A stretch of 64,000 bases of DNA, taken from positions 14,613-78,612 of IMG/VR virus record IMGVR_UViG_3300032038_000052, one strand, 5' to 3'. Of the stretch, positions 1 through 10,851 are shown piece by piece; the stretch's first letter is position 1; every line of letters begins with the position of its first letter. The notes under the pieces are model-generated. The model saw only the letters and a list, made by a program, of their open reading frames with translations, made no database searches and was not told the DNA's origin. The position numbers and the translations under genes were made by a program. Origin of the DNA: a virus (lineage: Duplodnaviria > Caudoviricetes).

Positions 1-2
1 TC

Positions 3-242
3 GGTGGAGACAAGGTAAGGATTATCGATCTTAAGCCAGACAGAACAGACCCAGATCGCAAGCGGACAGTTTTTGTATTCAGAAACGATGACGCATTTCA
101 GGAGGTATTAACTAAGGTTCTTGCAGAAAAAGCACAGAGCAAAAGTGAGCATGAGCTGCAATCTGAGATTGATATCTTGAAGAAGAAAATTGAAGCATTA
201 TCTAATATTGCCGAATTAAAGAAAACGTCTGTAGAGGAGTGA
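3..242 (+). CDS. 5'-partial hypothetical phage protein (DUF5659-like motif VFVFRNDD)
   Basis: Open frame from the window edge (GGDKVRIIDLKPDR...KTSVEE) to TGA 240-242; its 3' end contains the GAGGAG RBS of the next gene. Confidence 0.65.
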   Translation, partial: GGDKVRIIDLKPDRTDPDRKRTVFVFRNDDAFQEVLTKVLAEKAQSKSEHELQSEIDILKKKIEALSNIAELKKTSVEE

Positions 243-248
243 TTGCGA

Positions 249-878
249 ATGGGCGAACTTGAAGAATTATTTGTACCATTTGTTGGTAATACAAAGTCTA
301 GTGAAATTCCTGCGCCAGAAGAATACAATTACTGGTGGCTTAGGAAAAATAGACATTTTTTTATAGATTATGAAATTATGGAAGACTATTCTTTGATAGA
401 ACTTGGAAAAACAATTCTTCAAATGAACTTTGAAGAAAAGGACATCCCCAAAGATGAGTTGAAGCCTATATATATATGGGTGTTCTCATATGGTGGAGAT
501 TTAGACCAGGCTTTCTGTTTTTGTGATATCTGCGAATCAAGTAGGATTCCTATTATTACAGTAAGTATGGGTATAGCAATGTCTGCTGGACTTCTTATTT
601 TCTTGTCTGGCTCTAAGCGTTATGCACTAAAGCATTCTAGGATGCTTGTTCATTCTGGGCAAGCTGGTTTCCAGGGTACTGCGGAGCAGATTGAAGAAGC
701 CCAGAAGGATTATAAGAAGCAGCTCAATTCTATGAAAGAATTTATCTTGGAGAGAACTGATATTGATGCTAAATTATTTGGAAGGAATAAAGCCAAGGAT
801 TGGTATATTTCCGGCGATGATTTACTTAAGTATCATGTTGTTGACAAGCTAATTGATAATATTGAAGAAATATTCTGA
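249..878 (+). CDS. clpP: ClpP-family (S14) serine protease
   Basis: Motifs IWVFSYGGD, MGIAMSAG (catalytic Ser), MLVHSG (His), KDWYISG (Asp); RBS GAGGAG at 234-239; no TAG. Confidence 0.9.
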   Translation: MGELEELFVPFVGNTKSSEIPAPEEYNYWWLRKNRHFFIDYEIMEDYSLIELGKTILQMNFEEKDIPKDELKPIYIWVFSYGGDLDQAFCFCDICESSRIPIITVSMGIAMSAGLLIFLSGSKRYALKHSRMLVHSGQAGFQGTAEQIEEAQKDYKKQLNSMKEFILERTDIDAKLFGRNKAKDWYISGDDLLKYHVVDKLIDNIEEIF

Positions 879-904
879 GGGCGATACTGCCCTCTTTTTT
901 TTAT
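878..904 (+). terminator. Rho-independent terminator-like hairpin
   Basis: GAGGGC-gatact-GCCCTC followed by a T-run. Confidence 0.7.
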
Positions 905-919
905 AAGGAGAAAAAGGAT

Positions 920-1138
920 ATGGCAAAGAACCCCAATTTTATTAGAAATATGGTAGATAAGTTTGCAATAAAAGGACATCTTTCAGAAGATGGTAAGGTG
1001 ATTACATATATCAATGATGATAAGGAAGAGGCTCAAATAGATATTGAGAAATGTCTAAAGAGTTTTAGAAATGAAGAGATTGAACTTACCATTGCTGTAA
1101 AGATGAGCCAGGATCTTAGCGGATCCGTGGAGGATTAA
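920..1138 (+). CDS. Small acidic protein, SPbeta YonK-like
   Basis: 72-aa ORF with AGGAG RBS; size and position directly upstream of a phosphoesterase match the SPbeta-like layout (inference). Confidence 0.6.
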   Translation: MAKNPNFIRNMVDKFAIKGHLSEDGKVITYINDDKEEAQIDIEKCLKSFRNEEIELTIAVKMSQDLSGSVED

Positions 1139-1140
1139 TA

Positions 1141-2340
1141 ATGTCTGTTATAGACATCAGCAGGAAAAAAGGGGAGACTGAGTTAGGTTATATCAAAAGA
1201 CTCGGCGAAGCAAAAGACGCTGGGCTACTTGATATGACATGGCAAGAACTTGCTGGTGTATTTAATAAGAACCTCCGTGAGCCTGGTGTTGAGTGGAATG
1301 AATCTACATATAGAAAGAAGTTCGCCGCATTACGTGATTACAGTGAAGAGTTTGGCACTGCTAATAAATCAGATGCAGACGAACTTATTTCTATAAAACG
1401 TGAATTAGAAAAAGAAAAAGTAAAACTCCGTGATGAAAGAACCGAATACAAAAGATTGATTCGGGAGGAAGCACGGAAAGAGTCATATCAAGAACAATTC
1501 ATTCGTGCTATAGAAGAAGCTGCTGGCAAGCATCCTCTTGATTATGATGTAAGTGTGCATACTCAAATTAAAAGGGGAAGCTCCGTAGTTGTAGCTCCTT
1601 TAACTGATGTGCACATGGGAATTCAGATTAGCAACTATTGGAACGAATATAATGAAGATGTATTAAGGCAAATGATGAAGTATTACCTTGATTACATAGA
1701 AGATATTGCTGTTCGACATGATGCGGGAGATGTTGTAGTATTAGCATCTGAACTTGTTTCTGGGTTAATCCATCCGACAATCCGTTTACAGAACAACCAA
1801 GATTTAATTGAACAATTTCTAAATGTAACCGATTATATATGTGATTTTCTTGCGGTTTTAAGTACACGTTTTAATACTGTTGAGTTTTATGTAGCTCCTG
1901 GAAATCATGGGCGAATTAATCCCAAAAAGGATGACGGTCTTGCTCATGAAAACATGGATGAGCTAGTTGTGCCGTTTGTAAAATCAAGGCTTCAAAGCTA
2001 TCCAAATTTATATTGTTATAGTAACGAAGTAGATTCTGGGATTGTAACTACTACTGTCTTGGGATCAAAACTTGTATTTGTCCATGGTGATAAAGATGAC
2101 ATGAGTAATGTTACAAGAAATATGACAAAGCTACTTGGCTATACTCCAGATATTATTGTTATGGGGCATAGACACTTTAACGCATATACTACCGACAATA
2201 CAACGAAAATTATACAATCTGGGTCTTTCATGGGGCCAGATGAATATTCTATTTCGAAGCGATTGGTCGGGAAACCAGAACAGACTGTTTTTGTTGTTAA
2301 CAATAATGGTTTGGAATGTATATATGATATGAGATTATAA
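1141..2340 (+). CDS. Calcineurin-like metallophosphoesterase with N-terminal HTH/coiled-coil
   Basis: Motifs DVHMG, GNHGR, HGD, GHRHF; 399 aa; no TAG. Confidence 0.85.
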   Translation: MSVIDISRKKGETELGYIKRLGEAKDAGLLDMTWQELAGVFNKNLREPGVEWNESTYRKKFAALRDYSEEFGTANKSDADELISIKRELEKEKVKLRDERTEYKRLIREEARKESYQEQFIRAIEEAAGKHPLDYDVSVHTQIKRGSSVVVAPLTDVHMGIQISNYWNEYNEDVLRQMMKYYLDYIEDIAVRHDAGDVVVLASELVSGLIHPTIRLQNNQDLIEQFLNVTDYICDFLAVLSTRFNTVEFYVAPGNHGRINPKKDDGLAHENMDELVVPFVKSRLQSYPNLYCYSNEVDSGIVTTTVLGSKLVFVHGDKDDMSNVTRNMTKLLGYTPDIIVMGHRHFNAYTTDNTTKIIQSGSFMGPDEYSISKRLVGKPEQTVFVVNNNGLECIYDMRL

Positions 2341-2353
2341 GGAGTAAAAGGAT

Positions 2354-2893
2354 ATGAGAAAAATAGTGATTGATGATATCGCTCAAATCTCAGCAGAAAT
2401 GATTGCTTTTAATAACATCGAAGGGCATCATTCAGTAGTAGTTGGTAGCTATGAAGTAATTGTAGAAATATTAAATACAATTATTAAGAATACCAATGCT
2501 GTATTTGTAAATGGTGAACTGAATATGCCAGATTCAGATGGTTATGAAAATGCATACTATCTTGAATATGCAGAAGATGAGCTTTGGGTTGATAAGATGT
2601 ATAATGAGATGCATAAGAGATATCTTACAATTGAGGCAGACAGGGTTTGGGTTGAAGATGAGTTTTCCAAGGATTATCTTGATGCTAATGACGCTAAGAA
2701 TGTGATTATATTTGAGTTTGATTCTGAAATTGAAGATTCATCTAAAGTCCCTTGTCTTTGTTTAGATGATGACGCACTTGGCTTTACTTGTTGCTACCAT
2801 AGTGAATTGGGACATGGTAAATTCAAGTATCGTGGTTCAGAAAAGCTAACGGAAGAAAAAGCTTGGGATATTGTATATAATTATTGTGATTGA
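2354..2893 (+). CDS. Hypothetical acidic protein
   Basis: 179-aa ORF with AGGA RBS and TGA stop. Confidence 0.8.
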   Translation: MRKIVIDDIAQISAEMIAFNNIEGHHSVVVGSYEVIVEILNTIIKNTNAVFVNGELNMPDSDGYENAYYLEYAEDELWVDKMYNEMHKRYLTIEADRVWVEDEFSKDYLDANDAKNVIIFEFDSEIEDSSKVPCLCLDDDALGFTCCYHSELGHGKFKYRGSEKLTEEKAWDIVYNYCD

Positions 2894-2902
2894 TATTAGT
2901 GA

Positions 2903-2932
2903 GGCTAGGTCATGTATTTATATGACTTAGCC
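2903..2932 (+). other. Hairpin upstream of the tRNA-like element
   Basis: GGCTAGGTCAT (2903-2913) / ATGACTTAGCC (2922-2932). Confidence 0.7.
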
Positions 2933-2938
2933 ATATTT

Positions 2939-2997
2939 GCTTCTGTGGCGCAATAGGTAGCGCAACTGATCTATGGTTCAAATCCATACACAGAAAT
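2939..2997 (+). pseudogene. tRNA-like element lacking most of the anticodon arm
   Basis: Acceptor-type pairing TTCTGTG/CACAGAA; D arm GCGC-AATAGGTA-GCGC; T arm TATGG-TTCAAAT-CCATA; only AACTGATC lies between the D and T arms. Confidence 0.75.
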
Positions 2998-3002
2998 TTA
3001 TT

Positions 3003-3101
3003 GAGCGGGTAGTATAAAGAAGTCATGAGCTTTATATTATGTACTATCCTATCCGGTGCATACCCGCTCTTATAATAAATAGGATAGGTGAAAGGATAGG
3101 A
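3003..3101 (+). promoter_or_regulatory. Structured leader: outer stem, inner hairpin, anti-SD and internal TATAAT
   Basis: GAGCGGGTA/TACCCGCTC stem; GTATAAAG/CTTTATAT hairpin; TCCTATCC (3047-3054) is complementary to GGATAGGA (3094-3101, RBS region); TATAAT at 3071-3076. Confidence 0.6.
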
Positions 3102-3107
3102 ATAAAT

Positions 3108-3734
3108 ATGAATAAAACAAAATAGATTGGATTAATAACTGAATTATCGTGCTAGTTATATCTTTCTTAGCTTGGGTACAATATTTGTACTCCATTATGC
3201 GAAGATTGTAGATATGACATGATTGCAGATTTTAATGGTATATTAAAAAAAATACAAGTTAAGACATGTCGTGAAAATAATAATAAGACTGGAATAGAAT
3301 TTTCAACCACTTCGACAAGAAGCAACTCTAGTGAAATTGTTAGGTAGAAATATTCAGAAAATGATGTTGATTATTTTGCGACATTCTATAATAATAAGTG
3401 CTACTTAATTAAGAATATCTATAGTAGCACATGTATTACATTACTATATGATGGGAATATCACTGGAAATGAGTGTATTCCAAAACATCTTTCTGATTAT
3501 GAATGTGAAAAACAGATTAAAAAAATATTAAATAATAATGAAGACACATTACCAAAAAGAGTAATATGCCAATATGATAAAAATTGGCAATTAATTGCAA
3601 CGTATAATTCCGTAAGGGGTGCTGCAAGAGCACTTGGAGACGAATTAAAAAATGCACATATTGCCGATGCAATTAATGGTAGACGCAAAATGGCATATGG
3701 ATTTTATTGGAAAGAAAATATAGATATATAGTAA
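3108..3734 (+). CDS. PD-(D/E)XK homing-type endonuclease (I-Ssp6803I/PDDEXK_5-like) with C-terminal NUMOD1-like DNA-binding domain; TAG=Gln; 208 aa
   Basis: Missing from the ORF track. With 5 TAG read as Gln: KQIGLITELSCQLYLSQLGYNICTPLCEDCRYDMIADFNGILKKIQVKT...DVDYFATF, then VICQYDKNWQLIATYNSVRGAARAL...INGRRKMAYGFYW; TAA stop. Confidence 0.8.
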
Positions 3735-3760
3735 TTTAATGATTAAAAGGAGGTGCTACG

Positions 3761-4957
3761 GTGGCCGTAGTAAAACAAGAAAAAAAAGTCCCCATAGCAC
3801 AAGTTCGGGCAGAAAATGAAAAGATGAAAAAGTTACTCGAGGATGGAGTAAGATGCATTGTCTGTGGGGTAATGAAAGACAAAAGCAAATTTTATGTGAA
3901 TACGAACCCTCGTTGTAAATGTGAAGTTGGGTGTGTTTGTAAAGAATGTGCTAGGAAAGTGGCTTTACAAGTTGATGATGACGGAATCGAGCATGGCGTT
4001 ACTAAAGAGTCTTGCATAGAGGCACTTAAACTTTTAAATAAACCGTTTGTTAATTCCGTATGGGATTCAAGTGTATAGGAATCTGATAACCTTGTTGCTG
4101 GGAAAACAAAGTCAAATCCTTGGGTCGCCTATATTAAAAATATCGCAATGGTCCAATGGGTTGGCATGGACTTCTTCGATTCTGATATGTTCAAGAAAGG
4201 TGTTGTTGGTGGTGGACAATATGTTGTTAAAGAGCCTACTACTGCTGAGGATTTGTCTGAAGATGTAAGAACTACTTATGAAATTAATAAGAAGACTACT
4301 CTTCGTTTTCTTGGCTATGATCCATTTGAAAATGAACCGCTTGAAGAACAGCCAATCTTATATGCTAAATTGGTAAGTTACTTTGATGATTCTGTAAGGG
4401 ATGACGGCTTAAAGCTTGAAGCCGTTATAGAGATTGTTCAAAGTTTCAAAGATATAAAAACAATTAATGATGCTATCTCAAAATATAAGAAACAGCTTGG
4501 GGAAAATCCGGCTGTCATTGCGACAATTAAGTCTCTTGCTGATACTAAGCAAAAGATGATTAATTCTGCACTAGCTCTTGCAAAAGACAATGGAATATCA
4601 GTCAACCATAATAACAGTAAGAGTAAGGGGGCTGGAACTCTCAGTGGTATTATTAAAGAGATGTCTGAGATGAATCTTGATGACATAGAAATTAATACAT
4701 TTGATTATGAAACAAATGCTGCCATATCTCAGATTATGGAGGCAAATTTTAAAAATCAGATGGAACAGCTTAACCCAGACGAAAATGATTGGGAACGAGA
4801 GGTGCAGCATCAAGCAAAATTGCTACATAAATTATAGAAAGAAAGGGACGACGCTGTCGAATATTGTAGGCTACTCAAAAAAGAAAACAAAGACTTAAAG
4901 GATTTTCTTATTGAGAAAAAAATAATCGATGAAGCGTTAAATGTGATAGATGAGTGA
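3761..4957 (+). CDS. Zn-finger-containing packaging-region protein (putative terminase small subunit); TAG=Gln
   Basis: GTG start with GGAGGT RBS; CIVC...CKEC motif; ORF-track pieces 3761..4078 and 4148..4837 share a frame; TGA overlaps the TerL start. TerS assignment is from position only. Confidence 0.7.
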
Positions 4958-6869
4958 AGAAATTGTTTTGTTGGGTGATAAAATAAAAGAATTTAACCCT
5001 AAGAATTTCACGTATTTTGTGAAGCCTACTTACTATGATATGTCTAATCTTAGGCTTGAAGGATTAAAGAAGACTGCTCAGATAGTTTAGTGGGGACGCA
5101 GAAACCCAGTAAAGTTTTGTGAGCGGTTTATGGGAATTGAATTCCTTGATTATTAGAAATATGTTTTTATGGAGAGCTGGATAACTCCGTATGTCGTTTG
5201 GTGTATGAGTAGATCTAGCGGTAAAACAACACTCGGCAGTCCTTTCTTAATGGCAAAGACTCTTCTACTTCCATACTTTGAGGGTTATATACTTTCTGGT
5301 ACTGGCGCACAAAGTATTGGAATGATGAAAAAGATTGAGGCAATAACCAAGAAAGAGATTGCTAGTTTTACTGGACTTACCGATGTATTTATGAATGAAC
5401 TTGTAAAGAGTCAAGCGAATTCAAATGGTTTTTCTCATAACCCAAATTCGTGGAGTTATAAATTGTATTCTGGTTCAACTATAGCTACGGTCAATTCAAA
5501 CTTTGATGCTAGTCGTGGTAAACGCTCACGATTAAATTTCTATGATGAGGCATCTTATGTTCTTGAAGATATGTATACTGCTACCCTTCCATTCGTAACA
5601 TAGAATTCAGACTTCGCACTTGGTGGAAATATTGATGTATCATTATTGCCGCCAAACTTCCCAAACCAAGTTATTTTTGCATCGTCTGCCGGATCTGTAG
5701 ATGATTATTTTTACAGAATGTATAAAGAATATTCTTTGCATAGTATGGCTGGGGACAAGAGATATGCTTGTTTTGATATAGACTGTGATTTAGTTATGAA
5801 TGCTACATACAATGGAAAAGTATATCCTGTTCCGCTTCTTACGCAAGAGAAGATAGATTCTGAAATGAAGATTAATCCTCTTAAGGCAAATAGGGAGTAT
5901 AGGAACAAATTTGATATCGATGGCGGCGACTAGATTATCGTTAAGAAATCACAGATTTTGAGGAATAGCGTTGTCAGAGCACCAGAACTTGTAAATGCAG
6001 ATGGTGACAGCTTATATGTTTTAGCATGGGACTTAGCTGCTAAAAAAGATAATAGTATCTTAAGTGTTGGCAAACTACTCCATTCTGATAAACGTGGTTG
6101 GTATATGGAAATTGTTAACTGTATTAATCTTCTTGACAAAGAGACTAGGAAACCACTAACTACTCCAGAACAGGTTAAGCGTGTATAGGAAGAGTTAATA
6201 AATTACAACGGCGTTGGAGTACCAGATTATGCGAATATCAAATATCTAATGATGGATGCTGGATCTGGTGGTGGTGCTACTTAGGTATTAGCTTATTTGT
6301 TTGATGATTTTTATGAAGAGCATCATAAAGGGGAAGAAGATTTTCATCACAAAGGATTGATGGATGAAACATATGAATTCTGCCAACCTTACATTAAGAG
6401 ATATCCAGATAATATAGATTTAATAAGAATGATTGAACCAACAAAGTATAAAGTACAAATGTATACTGAATTGATAGAATTGATTGAGCAGGATTTAATA
6501 TCATTTACTGCTGATTATGATTATCATGGTAATCTTACATTTCTCACAGAAGAAGATGGCGAGGAAAAGGAAGAGGTATACAAACTTAGTCTTGAGGAAG
6601 AGTAGGCATTAAAACAGATTGATGCTATGAAAGAGGAAGTGACTCATATGTATAGATATAAATCGTCGAACGGTAATATACGTTATGATCTTGCTCCTGG
6701 TTTTTCAAATATAATTGGTGATGATAGAAGCTATACGCTTTGTCTTTTGGCTCATTGTTTAGCGATGATGAGATAGGAAGATTAGATTCGTCAAAGAAAA
6801 AAACCTAATAGTGATGATTTGGTTAATCGCTTATCAATCCGTCCAGCAAGACGATTTAGTTCATTTTAA
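4950..6869 (+). CDS. terL: Terminase large subunit; TAG=Gln; 639 aa
   Basis: Walker A-like SRSSGKTT, Walker B-like NFYDEA, nuclease motifs LAWDLA, DAGSGGG and GDDRSY; 9 in-frame TAG (5088, 5154, 5601, 5931, 6186, 6282, 6603, 6774, 6783); TAA stop. Confidence 0.93.
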
Positions 6870-6883
6870 GGAGGTGTTTGCTG

Positions 6884-8392
6884 ATGGCAAATTCAACTGA
6901 GGTGTCTAAAGCGGCACCAGAAAAGATGAGTAAAGCAGAGTTTGTGAAACAATATTCGGATGAATATTTGAAACAACGTTTTGCTGATTCACAAGATGCC
7001 TTTAAGAAGTTAAGAGATTTTACTAAAAATTCCACCCGAAATGTTGGTGTTTTTGATAAAGAAACTCTTCGTGGATATTTTCAAAATATAGTTAGTAACG
7101 AAGCGAGACTAAGGAATTTATCTTGGTATTTATTCTATAGGTCGCAAGTATATGCTAGGCTTGTGCTGTTTTTCAGCAATATGTTTGTTCTTTATTGCAG
7201 ATCAGTGATACCGAATCATGATTTGACAAAGACAAATAATCCAACAAAGACATTAAAGTCTTTCTAGGAAACTGTTGATGAACTTGATAAGATGCGACTG
7301 CAACAGGAATTTTATCCAATATTTGTAACAAATTTTATATAGGATGTTAGTTATAATGTTTGGTTTGAGGATGATGATGGTGTTTTTGTTCTGCCATGGC
7401 CAGCGGATTCTGCGAGGATTATTGGTAAATATATGACTGGAGAATTTGCATATGCTGTTGATGCAACATACTTGCGTAGTCATCAAGAACTGATTGAATA
7501 TTTTCCAGAGCCATTTCAGCAGATATATAATGATTATCAATCTACTAGCGAGAAGTGGCAACCAATGCCTGAACAGTATTCTCTATGTACAAAGTACAGA
7601 TCAGAGGATACTGAGACAGCTCTTGGGCCACTCATGCCGATGGCTAATTCACTTATTAATTTGTTAGACCTTGAGGATATTCAAGCAGTAGCGGCGGAGC
7701 AGGAAATATATAAATTAATTTGGTATGAGTTGGAAACACTTGATGGCACTGATACTCCAGATGATTGGAAAGTAGATGTGGATTTGGCTGTTAACTATTT
7801 TAACAAAATGGTTGACGAAGCAATACCGCCGAATATGTCTGCTGCAATTGTCCCAGGTAAGTTGAATGAAATATCGTTCCCAGACAGTACTGCTTCTGAT
7901 ACTACCAAAGTTATGAAAGCGACAGAAACAGTTCTTAATACGGCTGGTGGTGCTGAAGTACTTAATGGAAGTACTATAAATAACACATATGCATTCAAGC
8001 TTGCGACACAAGTAAATACTGAATATGCTATTTCCTCTCTTCTCCCACAGGTGCAGAGTTGGGTTAATCATAGATTGCAATTAGTACTAAGCGATCCTTG
8101 CAAAGTAAAATTCTTCCCAGTTAGTGTTTATACACTTCCAGATTATAAAGAACAATTACTGACTGCTGCGCAAAATGGTTTCCCAACTATCTTTGCTTAT
8201 GGTGCTTGCAATGGGTATTCAGAGAAAGATGTTATAGCACTAAATAATCTTGAAGTAGATATTCTTAGTTTGGCAGATAAATTCAGACCGTTGAGCACAT
8301 CTTATACGCAGTCGAATGTTGGTAGACCAACAACTCCAGACGATGAGTTATCAGAATCTGGTGATAGAAGCAGAGATACTGCGGCAGAATGA
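6884..8392 (+). CDS. Portal protein; TAG=Gln; 502 aa
   Basis: Directly follows TerL; AGGAGGTG RBS; LRNLSWYLFYRSQVYARL motif typical of SPbeta-like portals; TAG at 7265 and 7340. Confidence 0.85.
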
Positions 8393-8409
8393 TTAAAGGG
8401 ATGGTATAA

Positions 8410-8589
8410 ATGAAAAATAAATTTATTAAGACAAATGATGAAAATACTGCAAAGTTGCTCCGAGATTCTGGGCTTGTTGAGCTTGCAAAAGAGGGCGATA
8501 AGTGGGTATTTGTTAATGAAAAAGATAAACTAAAATTTAGTACTGATGATTTGGAAGGATGTCATGTTTCAGACATCCTTCGTTTCTAA
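8410..8589 (+). CDS. Small hypothetical protein (59 aa)
   Basis: MKNKFIKTNDENTAKLLRDSGLVELAKEGDKWVFVN...; fills the portal-protease gap. Confidence 0.7.
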   Translation: MKNKFIKTNDENTAKLLRDSGLVELAKEGDKWVFVNEKDKLKFSTDDLEGCHVSDILRF

Positions 8590-8631
8590 TAATCTCCTCT
8601 CGGAGAAAATCTTGAGAAAGGAGTGAGTGTT

Positions 8632-10308
8632 TTGCATAGGAAACTGCTAACATTTGAAGACCTTGTGAAATTCTGCGATGAACATGATTTTACAAGGTTT
8701 AGTTCAAAAGAATCTGGATATCAGATTTGTGTGCAAATTCCAGCCTAGTTTAGTTAGGAAAAGTCCGATGACCCAACTATGTTATATGCAAATGTATTAG
8801 CTTTTCATACTGGCATTAATAGAAACCGATCCAACTTGACAGAAGATGCGGCTAAGAAAGCAATTAAGAACTTAGCATACAAGCCAGTGCTGGCGAACTT
8901 CTGTGAAATTGATGGTGTAAAAGATTTTACTAGCCATGATTTTGATGTAGATGAAAATGGCGAATATGTTTATTTTGAAAAGTAGATTGGGTGCTTTACA
9001 GCTGATAGTGCTTATATGGAGCAAGACCCAGATCACGATGATAGAATGAATGTTTATGCAAAAGTTGCAATACCTCGTGAGTATACTGATGCCGCTGAAA
9101 TCATTGAGCGTAAAAATGGTACTCGTGTTAGTGTTGAACTTGCTGTCAATGAGCTTTCTTATTCCGCTAAAGACAAAGTGCTTATGCTGGAAGATGTCGA
9201 TGTAATGGGACTTACATGCCTTGGCGTTGACCCAGATACTGGCGAAGAAGTCATGGAAGGTATGGAAGGTGCACATATTCAGATTGAGGATTTTAGCGTT
9301 GAGAATAATTCTCTTACTTTCAACGCTGAAATGATTAATTCGATTGCTGATGCCGTTGCAGAACGGCTTAGTAATAAAGCGGCAGATACCGCACAACTAT
9401 TAGAGGAAGGAGGAAAAAATCAAGTGAAATTTGATGAGTTATTAGAGAAATACGGCAAAACCGTAGAAGATATTGATTTCGATTATGAAGGACTAACGGA
9501 TGAAGAACTTGAAGAGGCATTTGCAAAAGCATTTGGCGAGGAAGAACCTTCTGCCTCTGAACCCGAAGAGAATCCAGAAGAAGATGAGCCTGTGAAAGAG
9601 TTTGCTGATGACGATCCAGTAGAGCCAGAAGAGCCTAGTGAACCTGAAGAGCCTGAGGCAGTAATTGATGATGATACTCTGCCAAGCAAAAAGATTACTC
9701 ATTCTGTAACATATGGTGAAATTACAAAGGATTTCTCTGTTAGTCTTCAAGACAAAATTTACGCTTTGAGTACGTTGGTTAATGACACATATTCTGAAAC
9801 GGATAATGCCTGGTATGATGTTACTGTGTATGATGATGAGAAATATGTTGTTATGAAAGACTGGTGGAATGACAAGGCATACAAGCAGTCCTATAAAGTC
9901 AAGAAAGATGTTTATTCACTTGTTGGAGATAGAGTTGCAGTATATGCACAGTATCTCACAGAAGATGAGATAAAGAAACTTGATGATATGAGGGCTAACT
10001 ACTCTTCTATGTCTGACAAACTTGCTCAGTATGAGGCGGAGCCAGAAAAGATGCAGATTCTGAATTCTGATGAATATTCTCAGATTGCAGAGACTGAAGA
10101 ATTTTCGGAGCTTAAGACTGTCGAAAAGCATTTTGATATGTCTGTAGAAGAAGTTAGAAAGGCTGCTGATGATTTACTTCTTGCGTTTGCAAAGAATAAC
10201 AAGCTTGAGTTCAACTCACAGCAAGAAAAGAAACCTGTTGGCGTAAAACTGTTTGGTCAAAAGAAATCAAATAAGACTGGACGGTATGGAAGTTTATTCA
10301 AAAAGTAA
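8632..10308 (+). CDS. Prohead protease fused to an acidic scaffold region (YonD-like); TAG=Gln; 558 aa
   Basis: TTG start after AAGGAG; LAFHTGINRNRS, YKPVLA, RVSVEL and GLTCLG motifs; E/P/D-rich linker; TAG at 8746, 8755 and 8983. Confidence 0.8.
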
Positions 10309-10340
10309 AATAAATATTAAATAAGAAAGGAGATATTGTT

Positions 10341-10820
10341 ATGGCTTATGGAAAACCCAATATGACTAAGCATGCTGTTGCTTTCCCGTCCAAGGTTCTG
10401 GCTGGAAGCATGGGTGCTCATATTTATAACATCACGCTCACCACAGCTGCTGATAACGGTAACGTAATCGGTCGTGGCGATTGGAATTCTTTTGATAATT
10501 ATGCTGAGGCGGCAGCTCCAAGTGGAATCACTGGTAAGATTGTCGATCAAGCAGCTAATGGCAACTGGTATGTAGAGATTACTGCTGTTCCAGCTGCTAA
10601 AGAGGCACTGGTTGTTTACAACTCCCCGATAATCCCTTATGAATCTCCGAGAGAACTCGCTGATCTCTCCAATTTCTTCAATGATGCAGATGAGGTTGTA
10701 AAGGCTTATGTTTGCACGGTTGGCGATATTTGGGAAGTATCCGAAGAAGGATTCTCTGGAACTCCAGCAAAGGGTAAAGCACTGACTGTTGCTTCTAAGA
10801 AGTGGGCTGTCGGAGCTTAA
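10341..10820 (+). CDS. Capsid decoration/auxiliary protein
   Basis: 159 aa between the protease and MCP genes; ADNGNVIGRG...VGDIWEVSEEGF pattern; strongly biased codon usage. Confidence 0.65.
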   Translation: MAYGKPNMTKHAVAFPSKVLAGSMGAHIYNITLTTAADNGNVIGRGDWNSFDNYAEAAAPSGITGKIVDQAANGNWYVEITAVPAAKEALVVYNSPIIPYESPRELADLSNFFNDADEVVKAYVCTVGDIWEVSEEGFSGTPAKGKALTVASKKWAVGA

Positions 10821-10851
10821 TTAAAATATTAAAGGAAGGAGGTAATAGAAT

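Noticed and set aside
2939-3734. Group I intron inserted in the tRNA anticodon
   Set aside because: Both tRNA halves are contiguous upstream of the nuclease, and no P/Q/R/S core or downstream 3' exon is visible.
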